This document shows positions 1 through 9,309 of a stretch of 39,036 nt of DNA, piece by piece. The notes below the pieces were generated by a model. That model was not told the origin of the DNA. It made no database searches and was given only the letters and a program-made list of their open reading frames with translations. Source of the stretch: Rhodocyclaceae bacterium (GTDB lineage: Bacteria > Pseudomonadota > Gammaproteobacteria > Burkholderiales > Rhodocyclaceae). A program made the translations under genes and the position numbers. The stretch is from the NCBI GenBank assembly GCA_025361105.1, contig JANYAW010000330.1:1-39036 (forward strand), written 5' to 3'. How positions within the stretch are numbered: the stretch's first letter is position 1; every line of letters begins with the position of its first letter.

Positions 1-130
1 CTGCGGGTGTTTCTGTCTATCAGATGTGATAGCGCGCCTGAGTTCCGTTGTTTAGCGAGGTTTAAATTCGCGGACGCACAGCACCCACCCACTCCCCCTG
101 CTGAGCCGCCGAATTTTGTGGCCTCGGCGC

Positions 131-330
131 GGGAATTCCAAGCTGATGAACAAACTGCCTTAAGCTAAGCTCGCAAACGACGCGAGAAAAGCCTCAGCGC
201 AGCGTTGATTGAGCGTAGCAAGAAAGAACTCGGCTGTCGGGCCGAGTCCCGACTCGGACGTTGAGTAATCAACTATCTACATCGGATACCCACAAAACAA
301 AAACCAACGGCGTGCTGTCAGCACCAACTA
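131..330 (+). repeat. Diverged, expanded copy of the long-form intergenic repeat; it ends in the 22-mer motif
   Basis: Shares GGGAATTC, GCGTAGC, the CTCGGCTGT..GCCGAG hairpin (230-253) and the terminal GGCGTGCTGTCAGCACCAACTA (309-330) with the copies at 13581-13686 and 21615-21708, but has extra internal sequence. Confidence 0.4.
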
Positions 331-355
331 ACACGATGCCCCATCCCCACCCCAG

Positions 356-376
356 CCCTCCCCTTGAAGGGGAGGG
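356..376. repeat. GC-rich perfect hairpin (CCCTCCCC ttgaa GGGGAGGG), REP-like
   Basis: 8-bp perfect inverted repeat with a 5-nt loop, about 90 nt upstream of the fumC ATG. It accounts for the spurious [13 protein letters not shown]. Confidence 0.5.
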
Positions 377-462
377 AGGAACCGTCCATCGGCATTCGTT
401 GGAATGTCGAACGACCGCAGTTGCGCGTACTATTCACGCATCCAAATCACCAAGGAATTCTC

Positions 463-1854
463 ATGCCCACGCCACGAATCGAATCCGACAGCTTTGGCCC
501 GATTGAAGTTCCCGCTGAACATTTGTGGGGCGCACGAACGCAGCGCTCTTTGCTGTTTTTCGCAATCGGCGCTGACCATCTGCCGTATGAACTCGTCATG
601 GCCCTGGTTCGGGTCAAACGGGCGGCGGCGGCGGCGAATCTTGAACTTCATTTGCTCGACGACGACATTGCCAAAGCGATTATCAAGGCTGCCGATGAAG
701 TGCTCAACGGACTATGGCCGGATGAGTTTCCGCTCTCGGTTTGGCAGACGGGTTCGGGCACGCAAAGTAATATGAATGTGAATGAAGTGTTGGCCAATCG
801 CGCTTCGGAATTGCTCGGCGGCGAGCGCGGAATGGCGCGCTTGGTGCATCCGAATGATCAGGTGAATTTATGCCAATCGTCGAACGATGTTTTCCCTACC
901 GCAATGCATGTCGCGGCGGTGTGGCAAATTGAATTTTCGCTGCTGCCTGCGCTGGATATTTTGATCGCGACCTTAAAAGAAAAATCTGCCACTTTTGCCC
1001 ACATCGTCAAGCTCGGTCGCACGCATTTGCAGGACGCTACGCCGATAACGCTGGGGCAGGAATTTTCTGGTTATGTGGCGCAATTGGAAATCGCGCGGCG
1101 CGGCATTGTGGCAGCATTGCCTGAGCTAAAAACCCTAGCGCTGGGCGGCACGGCAGTGGGAACGGGTTTGAACGCGCATGCTGAATTTGCACAACATGCG
1201 GTAGCGCATTTGGCCTATGTCATTGCGGACACAGCACTAAATTTCTCATGCGCAGAAAATCGTTTCGCTGCGCTGGCGGGTCACGAGCCGCTAGTGTTCG
1301 CGCACGGCGCATTCAAAACTTTGGCTACCGCGCTGATGAAAATCGCTAACGATATTCGTTGGTTGGGCAGCGGGCCGCGTGCTGGTTTTGGTGAATTGCT
1401 TTTGCCCGAAAACGAGCCGGGGAGTTCCATCATGCCGGGCAAAGTTAACCCTACGCAATGCGAGGCGCTAACTATGGTCTGTGCACAAGTTTTGGGTAAT
1501 GATGTCGCTATCAATATCGGTGGCGCGATGGGGAATTTTGAGCTGAATGTTTTCAAGCCGCTGATCGCCTACAACTTCCTCCACAGCGGGCGGCTGCTGT
1601 GCGATGCGATGCGAAGTTTTGAGGCGCATTGTGTACGTGATTTGCAAGCCAACTCGGTGCGAATAGCTGAATCGCTGGAGCGCAGTTTGATGTTGGCCAC
1701 CGCACTCGCGCCGCATATCGGCTACGACAAAACGGCCGCGATTGCCAAAGCCGCACATTTGAGCGGCAGCAGTTTGCGCGACGCGGCCATCGCTTCGGGG
1801 TTTGTGAGTGCGCAGGACTACGACCAATGGGTGGTGCCGGAGAAAATGATTTAG
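463..1854 (+). CDS. fumC: Class II fumarate hydratase
   Basis: 463 aa from the internal ATG ([17 protein letters not shown]...). Carries the fumarate lyase signature [11 protein letters not shown] and is full-length FumC-like. Confidence 0.95.
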   Translation: MPTPRIESDSFGPIEVPAEHLWGARTQRSLLFFAIGADHLPYELVMALVRVKRAAAAANLELHLLDDDIAKAIIKAADEVLNGLWPDEFPLSVWQTGSGTQSNMNVNEVLANRASELLGGERGMARLVHPNDQVNLCQSSNDVFPTAMHVAAVWQIEFSLLPALDILIATLKEKSATFAHIVKLGRTHLQDATPITLGQEFSGYVAQLEIARRGIVAALPELKTLALGGTAVGTGLNAHAEFAQHAVAHLAYVIADTALNFSCAENRFAALAGHEPLVFAHGAFKTLATALMKIANDIRWLGSGPRAGFGELLLPENEPGSSIMPGKVNPTQCEALTMVCAQVLGNDVAINIGGAMGNFELNVFKPLIAYNFLHSGRLLCDAMRSFEAHCVRDLQANSVRIAESLERSLMLATALAPHIGYDKTAAIAKAAHLSGSSLRDAAIASGFVSAQDYDQWVVPEKMI

Positions 1855-1866
1855 TCGCACCGGTAG

Positions 1867-3249
1867 TTATTTTTGAGTGACGGCTCTGGTGACCATAGTC
1901 ATCGCTGTCACGGCCTGCGCGGCGACGTGACGGAAATAAAGTGTGACGGAAACACCCGCCATCCCAAGACCGGCAATCGCCCCCATCCAGAAACCCGCCA
2001 CGCCGCATGGTGCTCCGAAGGTATCGGTGAGACCAAGCACATAACCTCCCGCGAGACCGACACCCCACAAGGCCAGGGCGTAAATCACCATGGGTACGGT
2101 GGCGCGTTTGTAGCCGCGCAGAATTTGCGCGAATATGCCTTGCAAAGCATCAAATGGATGGAAAAACAGCACCAGCAAAAGCAGACTGGCTGCAATCCGG
2201 CGCACCGTTTCATCGGTAGTGTAAATCGCCGCCAGGTTTTGTGCATTGAGCGCTACCGCGATGCTCAAGGCGGTTGAAATCAGCATGCCGATTTTCGCCC
2301 CCAACCAGCCCGCATTCCGCGCCTTCGCCGGTTCACCGGCGCCTAGTGATTGGCCGACCAGTACGCCGGTGGCGTTACCCAGCGCCATCGGAAATGTGTA
2401 TAAAAATATGACCACACTGGAAATTATTTGGTGCGCGGCAGACGTTGCGGCACCCAGTCGTGCAACGAACAAGGCCATGAAAGTGAATGCAGTGACGTCC
2501 ACCAAGAACATCAGGCCTGTCGGCACACCGAGGCGTAAAAATTCCTTGATCGGCGTCCATTGTGGCCAGTCGAAACGGGCAAACACGCCGTAGGCCGAAA
2601 GCTGGGTTTCGCGGTAACACCATACCCAGGCAACCAACGCCAATGTACTCATGGTCAAGGCCGACGACCAGCCCGCACCGGCACCGCCCATGGCAGGAAA
2701 GGCGAGATAGCCGAACATCAAAATGGTATTGAACATCAGCTTGAGCGCCAAGCCCAAAATGTTGAGCATCATCACCGGACGCGGACGCGAAATGCCGATC
2801 GTGAAACCATAAAAAACCCGGAAGAACAACATCCCGGGAACCGACCAGGCGATGCCGCCCAGATAGGCACGCACCTTGAGCTCCAGCGTCGGTTCCAGCT
2901 GAGAAAACGCCAACAGCGGCTCGGGAAATTTCAGCGCTGTAAACGCGGCGATGGACAAAAACAAGGCCAGCCAGGCGCTTTGACGCACATCACTGCCGAT
3001 ATCAAGGTAACGCCCGGCGCCGTAGTGATGGGCGACGATGGGTGGTAAGGCGAGCAAGACGCCCATCGCCGAAACAAACACGGTGGCATAAATGCTGGAA
3101 CCGACACCAACCGCCGCCAGGTCGGCGGGCGAAATCTGACCGGCCATCAAGGTGTCGATCAGCGAATTGGCCATCACCGCCGCTTGCGCCACCAGCACTG
3201 GCCAGGTCAAATTAAACAACTGCCGCGGCAGGGAGATGGTGGGATTCAT
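1867..3249 (-). CDS. MATE family efflux transporter
   Basis: 460 aa, about 12 hydrophobic helices, with a NorM/DinF-like N-terminus (WPVLVAQAAVMANSLIDTLMAG). Confidence 0.85.
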   Translation of the reverse strand: MNPTISLPRQLFNLTWPVLVAQAAVMANSLIDTLMAGQISPADLAAVGVGSSIYATVFVSAMGVLLALPPIVAHHYGAGRYLDIGSDVRQSAWLALFLSIAAFTALKFPEPLLAFSQLEPTLELKVRAYLGGIAWSVPGMLFFRVFYGFTIGISRPRPVMMLNILGLALKLMFNTILMFGYLAFPAMGGAGAGWSSALTMSTLALVAWVWCYRETQLSAYGVFARFDWPQWTPIKEFLRLGVPTGLMFLVDVTAFTFMALFVARLGAATSAAHQIISSVVIFLYTFPMALGNATGVLVGQSLGAGEPAKARNAGWLGAKIGMLISTALSIAVALNAQNLAAIYTTDETVRRIAASLLLLVLFFHPFDALQGIFAQILRGYKRATVPMVIYALALWGVGLAGGYVLGLTDTFGAPCGVAGFWMGAIAGLGMAGVSVTLYFRHVAAQAVTAMTMVTRAVTQK

Positions 3250-3271
3250 CTTTGGATTTTAACGACTCGGA

Positions 3272-3313
3272 AGTTGGTGCCGGCTACACGCCGTGTTGGC
3301 GCTACCAACTGAT
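3272..3313. repeat. Palindromic copy of the motif family (AGTTGGTGCCGGCTACACGCC gtgtt GGCGCTACCAACTGA)
   Basis: Reverse-orientation near-copy of the 22-mer plus an inverted partner. Terminal 7 bp AGTTGGT/ACCAACT pair perfectly. Lies in the divergent MATE / oxidoreductase spacer. Confidence 0.75.
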
Positions 3314-3361
3314 GCCCTAAAATGTTTCATCCGTCCACGCCGCTTCACTTGGTCACTTTGC

Positions 3362-6300
3362 ATGAACACCCGTCTGCGCGAAATCCCCTATAACTACACC
3401 TCATTTTCTGATCGCGAAATTGTGATTCGCTTGCTCGGCGCACCGGCCTGGGAAGTGGTCAATGAGTTGCGTGGCGAACGGGTGACGGGGCGCTCGGCGC
3501 GGATGTTGTATGAGGTGCTCGGCGACATTTGGGTAGTGCGGCGCAATCCGTATCTGGAAGATGATTTGCTCGGCAACCAAAGCCGCCGCAAAGCCTTGAT
3601 TGATGCGCTACGCCATCGTTTGCGCGAGATTGACAAACGTCGCGATGGTGAAGATGCGCGTGTCGTTACTTTGCTGGCGGCGGCCAACGCAGCGGTCAAA
3701 TCCTTCGAGCAGTGGTTTGTGCAGACCAGCGAGTTGCGCTATCGCGCGATGAAGGTGTATTCGCGCCACACCAAAAAGGACAACATCTGTTTTGACGGCC
3801 TGGCGCGCGTCTCGCACGTCACCGATGCGACCGACTGGCGGGTTGAATATCCGTTTGTGGTGTTGACACCGGATACGGAAGCAGAAATCGCTGCACTCGT
3901 GAAAGATTCGATTGCGCTCGGCTTGACCATTATTCCGCGTGGCGGCGGCACGGGTTATACCGGCGGCGCGGTGCCCCTTGATGCGCTTTCTGTGGTCATC
4001 AATACCGAAAAGTTGATGGACATGGGCGCGGTGGAAATTCTCCGCCTGCCTGAAACCATAAAGGACTACGCCACTGTGCGCACCGGCGCAGGCTTGGTCA
4101 CGCGGCGCGTGATGGAAGCTGCAGAGGACGCAGGATTTGTTTTCGCCTGCGATCCGACCTCGGCCGATGCCTCGTGCATAGGCGGCAATATCGCCATGAA
4201 CGCGGGTGGCAAAAAGGCCGTGCTGTGGGGCACGGCGCTGGACAATCTGGCCTCGTGGAAAATGGTCACGCCGGATGGCGAGTGGCTGGAAGTTGAACGA
4301 CTGAATCACAACTTCGGCAAGATTCACGAGCAGGAACTGGTCAGCTTTCGTCTCACTCGTTTTGATGCCAGCGGCAAGAATAATCTCGGCGTTGAACGCC
4401 TCGACGTGCCAGGCAAAAATTTCCGCAAGGAAGGTTTGGGCAAAGATGTCACCGACAAATTTCTCGCTGGCGTGCCGGGGATACAGAAGGAAGGCACCGA
4501 TGGGCTGATTACCTCGGCGGTATGGATTTTGCACAAGATGCCGCCGGTGACGCGCACTGTTTGTCTGGAATTTTTTGGCCAGGTTCGCGATGCAGTGCCA
4601 TCGATAGTCGAGATTACTGATTACCTGAAAACCCGGCCGGGCGGCGCGCTGCTGGCAGGTTTGGAACATCTGGACGAGCGCTATGTCAAGGCCGTCGGCT
4701 ACGCAACCAAAGCCAAACGACATGGTCGGCCGAAAATGGTTTTGGTCGGTGATATTGTCGGCGATGACGAACGGGCAGTGATGAGTGCCGCGTCCGAAGT
4801 GGTGCGCATCGCCAACTTGCGCGGCGCAGAAGGTTTCATCGCCGTTAGCCCGGAAACACGCAAAAAATTCTGGCTCGATCGCGCGCGCACGGCGGCGATT
4901 TCGCGCCACACCAACGCCTTCAAAATCAATGAAGACGTGGTGATTCCGCTGCCGCGCATGGGCGATTATTGTGATGGCATCGAGCGCATCAATATCGAGC
5001 TGTCGATGAAGAACAAGCTCGAATTGATCAGTGCGCTGGAGACATTTTTTGCCAGCCCTTTAAGTGATTGGCCGCTGCCTGCCGAGGTGGCAAATCTTGA
5101 TCGCGAGGAATTGCTCGGCGATGCGCGACTGGATGCGCTGGAGCTTTTGTCGACCACCCGCACACTATGGCAAGGCTATATCGACAGCCTCGATGAACTG
5201 TTTCCGCAAATGCAGGATTACCGCTTGCGCGTGTCGTGGAAGACGGAACTAAAAGCGCCGCTGGAAACAATTTTCGATGGCGTTTTCATGCGTGGGGTAA
5301 TGGACAAAATCACCGCGATACACAAGGAGATTTTGCGTGGCCGCGTGTTCGTCGCACTGCATATGCATGCCGGTGATGGCAATGTGCATACCAACTTGCC
5401 GGTGAATTCCGATCACTACGAAATGCTGCAAACCGCCTACAAAGCCGTCGATCGCATCATGGCGCTGGCGAAAAGTTTGGGCGGCGTGATTTCCGGCGAA
5501 CATGGCATTGGCATCACCAAGCTCGACTATTTGTCTGACGAGGAAATTCGTCCCTTCCGCGAATACAAACAGCGCATCGACCCGCAAGGCAATTTCAATC
5601 GCGGCAAGCTGCTGAACTCGCCTGAGCTACGTGGCGACCTGACCAATGCCTATACACCTTCGTTTGCCTTGCTCGGTGTCGAATCGCTGATCATGGAGCA
5701 ATCGGAAATCGGCAAGATTTCCGAGTCGATAAAGAACTGCCTGCGCTGCGGCAAATGCAAGCCGGTTTGTTCAACCCATGTGCCACGCGCCAACTTGCTG
5801 TATTCACCGCGCAACAAAATTCTCGGTACGTCTTTGTTGGTCGAAGCCTTCCTCTACGAAGAGCAGACGCGGCGCGGAATTTCCCTGCAACATTTTGATG
5901 AATTTTCCGACGTCGCCGACCACTGCACGGTTTGTCACAAATGCTTTAACCCTTGTCCAGTCGACATAGATTTTGGCGATGTGTCGATTGCCATGCGTAA
6001 TTTTTTGCGCGTACAAGGCAAAAAGAAAACCAGTCCCGGCACAGCACTGGCGATGGCGTTCTTGACCGCAAAAGATCCGGCGACGATCAAGCTGATGCGG
6101 CTCGGCATGATTCAACTTGGATTCAAAGCACAACGCCTCGGCTATCGTCTCGGCAAGTGGTTGGGCCTCACTGGTGGCACGGTGAAAGCCCCACCGGCGA
6201 CTTTGGGAAAACCGTCTATCCGCACCCAGGTTATCCATCTGATTAACAAGCCCATGCCGCGCAACGTGCCTGCTCGCACCTCACGCGCGTTGCTCGACAT

Positions 6301-7168
6301 TGAAAGCGACACACTGATTCCGGTGATAAGAAATCCTGCGCAATTGGATGAAAGCGACGCAGTGTTTTATTTCCCCGGCTGCGGCTCGGAGCGCTTGTTC
6401 TCGCAAGTCGGACTTGCCACCCAGGCCATGCTCTGGCACGCCGGTGCAACGACAGTGTTGCCACCGGGCTATCTGTGCTGCGGCTATCCGCAAACGGCGG
6501 GCGGCGAGGAAGACAAAGGGCAGGCGATTTCCACCAGCAATCGCGTACTGTTTCATCGCGTCGCCAACACGCTCAACTACCTCGACATCAAGACCGTGGT
6601 GGTGAGTTGCGGCACTTGCATGGATCAGCTGCTCAACTATCAATTCGACAAGATTTTCCCCGGTTGTCGCTTGCTCGACATCCACGAATATTTGTACGAG
6701 AAAGGCATCAAGCTTGATGGCGTGAAGGGTGTGCAATACATGTACCACGAGCCTTGCCACACGCCGATGAAACATCACTCGGGCATCAAAGTGGTGAATG
6801 AGTTGATGGGTCAAAAAGTTGATTTGAACGATCGCTGCTGCGGTGAATCCGGCACGCTGGCAGTGACGCGGCCAGATATTTCCACGCAAATTCGCTACCG
6901 CAAGCAGGAAGAGATGGAAGCTGGTGCGGCGAAGATTCGTGACCGAAATTTGCCAATTGGTACTGGTGATACGCCGTCAAATTCCGCCGTGAAAATCCTC
7001 ACCTCCTGCCCATCCTGTCTGCAAGGTCTCGCCCGCTATTCTGATGATGCAAATGTTGAAGCCGACTACATCGTGGTTGAAATGGCCAAGGCGATTCTGG
7101 GGCCAAACTGGATGCAGGATTATTTGAGCAAAGCCGGTGCCGGTGGGGTTGAACGGGTGTTGCTATGA
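3362..7168 (+). CDS. DUF3683-containing FAD-binding and (Fe-S)-binding oxidoreductase (GlcD-like FAD domain fused to GlcF/HdrD-like Fe-S and CCG domains; YdiJ-related)
   Basis: 1268 aa from ATG 3362 ([21 protein letters not shown]). FAD PCMH motif [13 protein letters not shown]; ferredoxin-type clusters [11 protein letters not shown] and [12 protein letters not shown]; C-terminal cysteine-rich CCG repeats. Confidence 0.9.
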   Translation: MNTRLREIPYNYTSFSDREIVIRLLGAPAWEVVNELRGERVTGRSARMLYEVLGDIWVVRRNPYLEDDLLGNQSRRKALIDALRHRLREIDKRRDGEDARVVTLLAAANAAVKSFEQWFVQTSELRYRAMKVYSRHTKKDNICFDGLARVSHVTDATDWRVEYPFVVLTPDTEAEIAALVKDSIALGLTIIPRGGGTGYTGGAVPLDALSVVINTEKLMDMGAVEILRLPETIKDYATVRTGAGLVTRRVMEAAEDAGFVFACDPTSADASCIGGNIAMNAGGKKAVLWGTALDNLASWKMVTPDGEWLEVERLNHNFGKIHEQELVSFRLTRFDASGKNNLGVERLDVPGKNFRKEGLGKDVTDKFLAGVPGIQKEGTDGLITSAVWILHKMPPVTRTVCLEFFGQVRDAVPSIVEITDYLKTRPGGALLAGLEHLDERYVKAVGYATKAKRHGRPKMVLVGDIVGDDERAVMSAASEVVRIANLRGAEGFIAVSPETRKKFWLDRARTAAISRHTNAFKINEDVVIPLPRMGDYCDGIERINIELSMKNKLELISALETFFASPLSDWPLPAEVANLDREELLGDARLDALELLSTTRTLWQGYIDSLDELFPQMQDYRLRVSWKTELKAPLETIFDGVFMRGVMDKITAIHKEILRGRVFVALHMHAGDGNVHTNLPVNSDHYEMLQTAYKAVDRIMALAKSLGGVISGEHGIGITKLDYLSDEEIRPFREYKQRIDPQGNFNRGKLLNSPELRGDLTNAYTPSFALLGVESLIMEQSEIGKISESIKNCLRCGKCKPVCSTHVPRANLLYSPRNKILGTSLLVEAFLYEEQTRRGISLQHFDEFSDVADHCTVCHKCFNPCPVDIDFGDVSIAMRNFLRVQGKKKTSPGTALAMAFLTAKDPATIKLMRLGMIQLGFKAQRLGYRLGKWLGLTGGTVKAPPATLGKPSIRTQVIHLINKPMPRNVPARTSRALLDIESDTLIPVIRNPAQLDESDAVFYFPGCGSERLFSQVGLATQAMLWHAGATTVLPPGYLCCGYPQTAGGEEDKGQAISTSNRVLFHRVANTLNYLDIKTVVVSCGTCMDQLLNYQFDKIFPGCRLLDIHEYLYEKGIKLDGVKGVQYMYHEPCHTPMKHHSGIKVVNELMGQKVDLNDRCCGESGTLAVTRPDISTQIRYRKQEEMEAGAAKIRDRNLPIGTGDTPSNSAVKILTSCPSCLQGLARYSDDANVEADYIVVEMAKAILGPNWMQDYLSKAGAGGVERVLL
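6954..6978 (-). repeat. Intragenic near-copy of the motif (CAATTGGTACTGGTGATACGCCGTC)
   Basis: 19 of 22 matches to the reverse consensus CAGTTGGTGCTGGTGACACGCC. Translated in the host gene as PIGTGDTPS. Confidence 0.7.
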
Positions 7169-7846
7169 AGCCGATGGGGAAACCTGTCTGGACAAAAGCT
7201 CGCTGAATTCCCATTTATCTCGTTCATTGAATTGATGGACGAGATTTGGTTTGGCAATGCTTAAAAAGCTTGCGTTAAAGCTGTCAAAAGACAGGTCGCC
7301 GAGCACCGGTTTCAGCTTTTCATAGGTATAGATCGGATCCCTGATCAGTCTTGGGTAGTTAATCAATGTGACTGGAATACCCGAGTTCGACAGACCCAGA
7401 AAAAGTTGGTAGACCTTGTTTAGCAACACTTCTTCCTGGCCATGTCCTGCTGACGTTTGCCACAAACCGCCGACGATTTTTCGCTTCCTGATCTTGTTCT
7501 TGATCTGTTTGTACCAAGGAAGATTTGCAACAGCAATGTCGTCGACAAAACGCCGACTTTCTGCGGCAGCGTTGAGATCGCGGATAGGCACAAAGACATG
7601 CTCGATGAAAATATCGTCGCGGGAAATTACTTCGTCGACGTAATCGCAGAAATGCGGATTCTTGATGACGTAAGGCGCATCTTCATCACGGATGTCGGTT
7701 TCAAGGCCGGCTCTGGCTGTCCTATCTTTCTTGCCTTGCAGGCTGTCCGGCGAGAAACCAGTGTCCAACCCCAGACAAGTCATGAGCTCAACCAGAAAAC
7801 TGGTGCCGGCCCGACCTGTTCCAGAAATAACAACATGGCTCCTCAT
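7163..7846 (-). CDS. Hypothetical protein, P-loop / sulfotransferase-like
   Basis: 227 aa. N-terminal [12 protein letters not shown] resembles the PAPS/phosphate-binding loop of sulfotransferase-fold proteins. GGGGAA lies upstream of the ATG. G+C is visibly lower than in neighbouring genes. Confidence 0.6.
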   Translation of the reverse strand: MRSHVVISGTGRAGTSFLVELMTCLGLDTGFSPDSLQGKKDRTARAGLETDIRDEDAPYVIKNPHFCDYVDEVISRDDIFIEHVFVPIRDLNAAAESRRFVDDIAVANLPWYKQIKNKIRKRKIVGGLWQTSAGHGQEEVLLNKVYQLFLGLSNSGIPVTLINYPRLIRDPIYTYEKLKPVLGDLSFDSFNASFLSIAKPNLVHQFNERDKWEFSELLSRQVSPSAS

Positions 7847-7889
7847 TGTTATTTCCCCAGTGACATTTTCAGCGTGTCCATACTCTCGA

Positions 7890-8426
7890 TTAGCGCGATG
7901 TCGGCCGGGGTGCCCCCTCCAACCGTACTGCGGAGCGTGCGCCGGGATACGCTGTTGGTAGCGTCGTCACCAATAGTTCATCCGCCAATCTTTGCTGATC
8001 TGTATCGAGTCCGGCATAGAGTCGGTTTGCAGCGCTGGCGACATCTTCCAATGCCGTTAACAGATTGCGCGCCGTATCCAGCTTGCGTTCTATCTGTTGC
8101 TTTGCGTTCCCCTGACTGGCGGCGCTGGCGCGTGGTACGCGCATTTGATCACTGACGAAAGCGAATACCTGATCACGATAGCTTGCCCAAAGCGGCGCTT
8201 GTGCTGGTGTCAGTTTGAGTTGTGTCGCCACCTTGTCGATTTGTATCGATATATCGTCGGCCAGATTGGGCGCCGTGCCGGCGGCTGGACAGGGTGTAGT
8301 TCCTTCAGGCGGGTGGTTCTGTCTGTGGCCTCCGCCACCCATGCCGCCACCGCCAAACTGTGCGGCGGCCTGCATGGAGAAACCCAGCAAGAAGCCAATG
8401 ACGATGATGTTGCACCGTAGTTTCAT
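7890..8426 (-). CDS. Periplasmic Spy/CpxP-family (LTXXQ-motif) protein
   Basis: 178 aa with a signal peptide (IVIGFLLGFSMQAAAQ), a Gly-rich stretch and LKLTPAQ (LTXXQ-type motif). Strong RBS GGGAGG. Confidence 0.65.
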   Translation of the reverse strand: MKLRCNIIVIGFLLGFSMQAAAQFGGGGMGGGGHRQNHPPEGTTPCPAAGTAPNLADDISIQIDKVATQLKLTPAQAPLWASYRDQVFAFVSDQMRVPRASAASQGNAKQQIERKLDTARNLLTALEDVASAANRLYAGLDTDQQRLADELLVTTLPTAYPGARSAVRLEGAPRPTSR

Positions 8427-8703
8427 GTTCCTGTGCCTCCCTAGCGTACACGGCCAAATGAGAATGTGGCGAGCGCTGATAAGTTCATGAGCTATTCGGT
8501 TGAATTGCTGACAAGCGAAGTTTCAATCAACATCCGGCCAACTGATGTTTCGGGAAGGTAAAGAAACATTAAGGCTTGCAACGAATCGTTAGACGATGGC
8601 GACTCGCTGATATTCAGCAGGCTTAGGCGGTTGTGGCCGTAATTTCTTGACCCCAACACTTTGGTCGCCAACACCGCTTGAGCGTCGCAGCAAATCTCTG
8701 TGT

Positions 8704-9306
8704 TCAGACTTGAGGAGGAACACCAATGCTGCGCCCAAATCGGGCCACGCGCTTATCAAGCCGTGCTACATCGTCGCGCAAGCTATCCACTTCGCGTGAA
8801 AAATCGCTGACGGCGGCGCGTTGGGCGATTAGGGGGTTTTCTTCGGTGAAGTATTCGGCGAAATTTCCTGCGAGATTTTGGGCTGCGCTGGCATTCCATG
8901 TGCCAAAGCGTTTTGCGCCGTCGACGAGGCGATGGGCGGCGATGTCGCCGACGACTTTGGACAAGTCTTCTTCGACATCCCATTTGAGATTGCGGATGAC
9001 AAAACTCAAGGCTTCGGCAAAATCTACCGAGCCGGATAACTTGACGGCGCGCATCAGCGTAGGCAAGCCTTGCAACAAGAGCAGTGGTGCGTTGGCGGGC
9101 AGATTGATGGTGACATCAGCTTGTGTCTGGTCGTCTGCCGGCGAAGAGAGATAGCCGTTGTCGAGCACAACAATATTCGCATCGAACGGCGGCATGACCA
9201 CGCGCGCGCTACGCCCGGCGAACGCGGCCAATTTTTCACGCGCCCAGTCGGCTTGACCGAGTACGTGATTGATGGCCGCCAACGCGGGAATCGGAAGTGC
9301 CGCCAT
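8704..9306 (-). CDS. ubiJ: Ubiquinone biosynthesis accessory factor UbiJ (SCP2 domain)
   Basis: 200 aa, SCP2-like N-terminal half, in the conserved position after ubiE and the Tim44-like gene. Confidence 0.8.
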   Translation of the reverse strand: MAALPIPALAAINHVLGQADWAREKLAAFAGRSARVVMPPFDANIVVLDNGYLSSPADDQTQADVTINLPANAPLLLLQGLPTLMRAVKLSGSVDFAEALSFVIRNLKWDVEEDLSKVVGDIAAHRLVDGAKRFGTWNASAAQNLAGNFAEYFTEENPLIAQRAAVSDFSREVDSLRDDVARLDKRVARFGRSIGVPPQV

Positions 9307-9309
9307 ACG

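Noticed and set aside
261-506. 81-aa ORF ([40 protein letters not shown]...) upstream of and overlapping fumC
   Set aside because: It is assembled from the 22-mer motif (NGVLSAPT) and the GC-rich hairpin ([10 protein letters not shown]) and runs into fumC out of frame. There is no RBS or protein-like composition.
3181-3200. Partial motif matches such as GCGCCACCAGCACTGG in the MATE gene; also 11047-11075, 17035-17060 and 18395-18420
   Set aside because: They share only 7-9 nt with the consensus in Ala/Pro/Val-rich coding sequence, which is compatible with chance. I did not count them as copies.
3608-4909. 433-aa antisense ORF inside the oxidoreductase gene, and similar long antisense ORFs at 11413-11955, 6281-6889 and 28638-29390
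   Set aside because: These are shadow ORFs opposite well-supported genes. They have Arg/Ala/His-rich composition typical of antisense frames in moderately GC-rich DNA.
8492-8674. 60-aa ORF in the AT-rich spacer between ubiJ and the CpxP-like gene
   Set aside because: No RBS, no recognisable motif, and low-complexity Ser/Leu composition. It is most likely non-coding spacer.
7163-8703. Possibility that the lower-GC segment is a mobile genomic island
   Set aside because: No integrase, transposase, tRNA target or flanking direct repeats are visible. I kept it only as a compositional/synteny observation.
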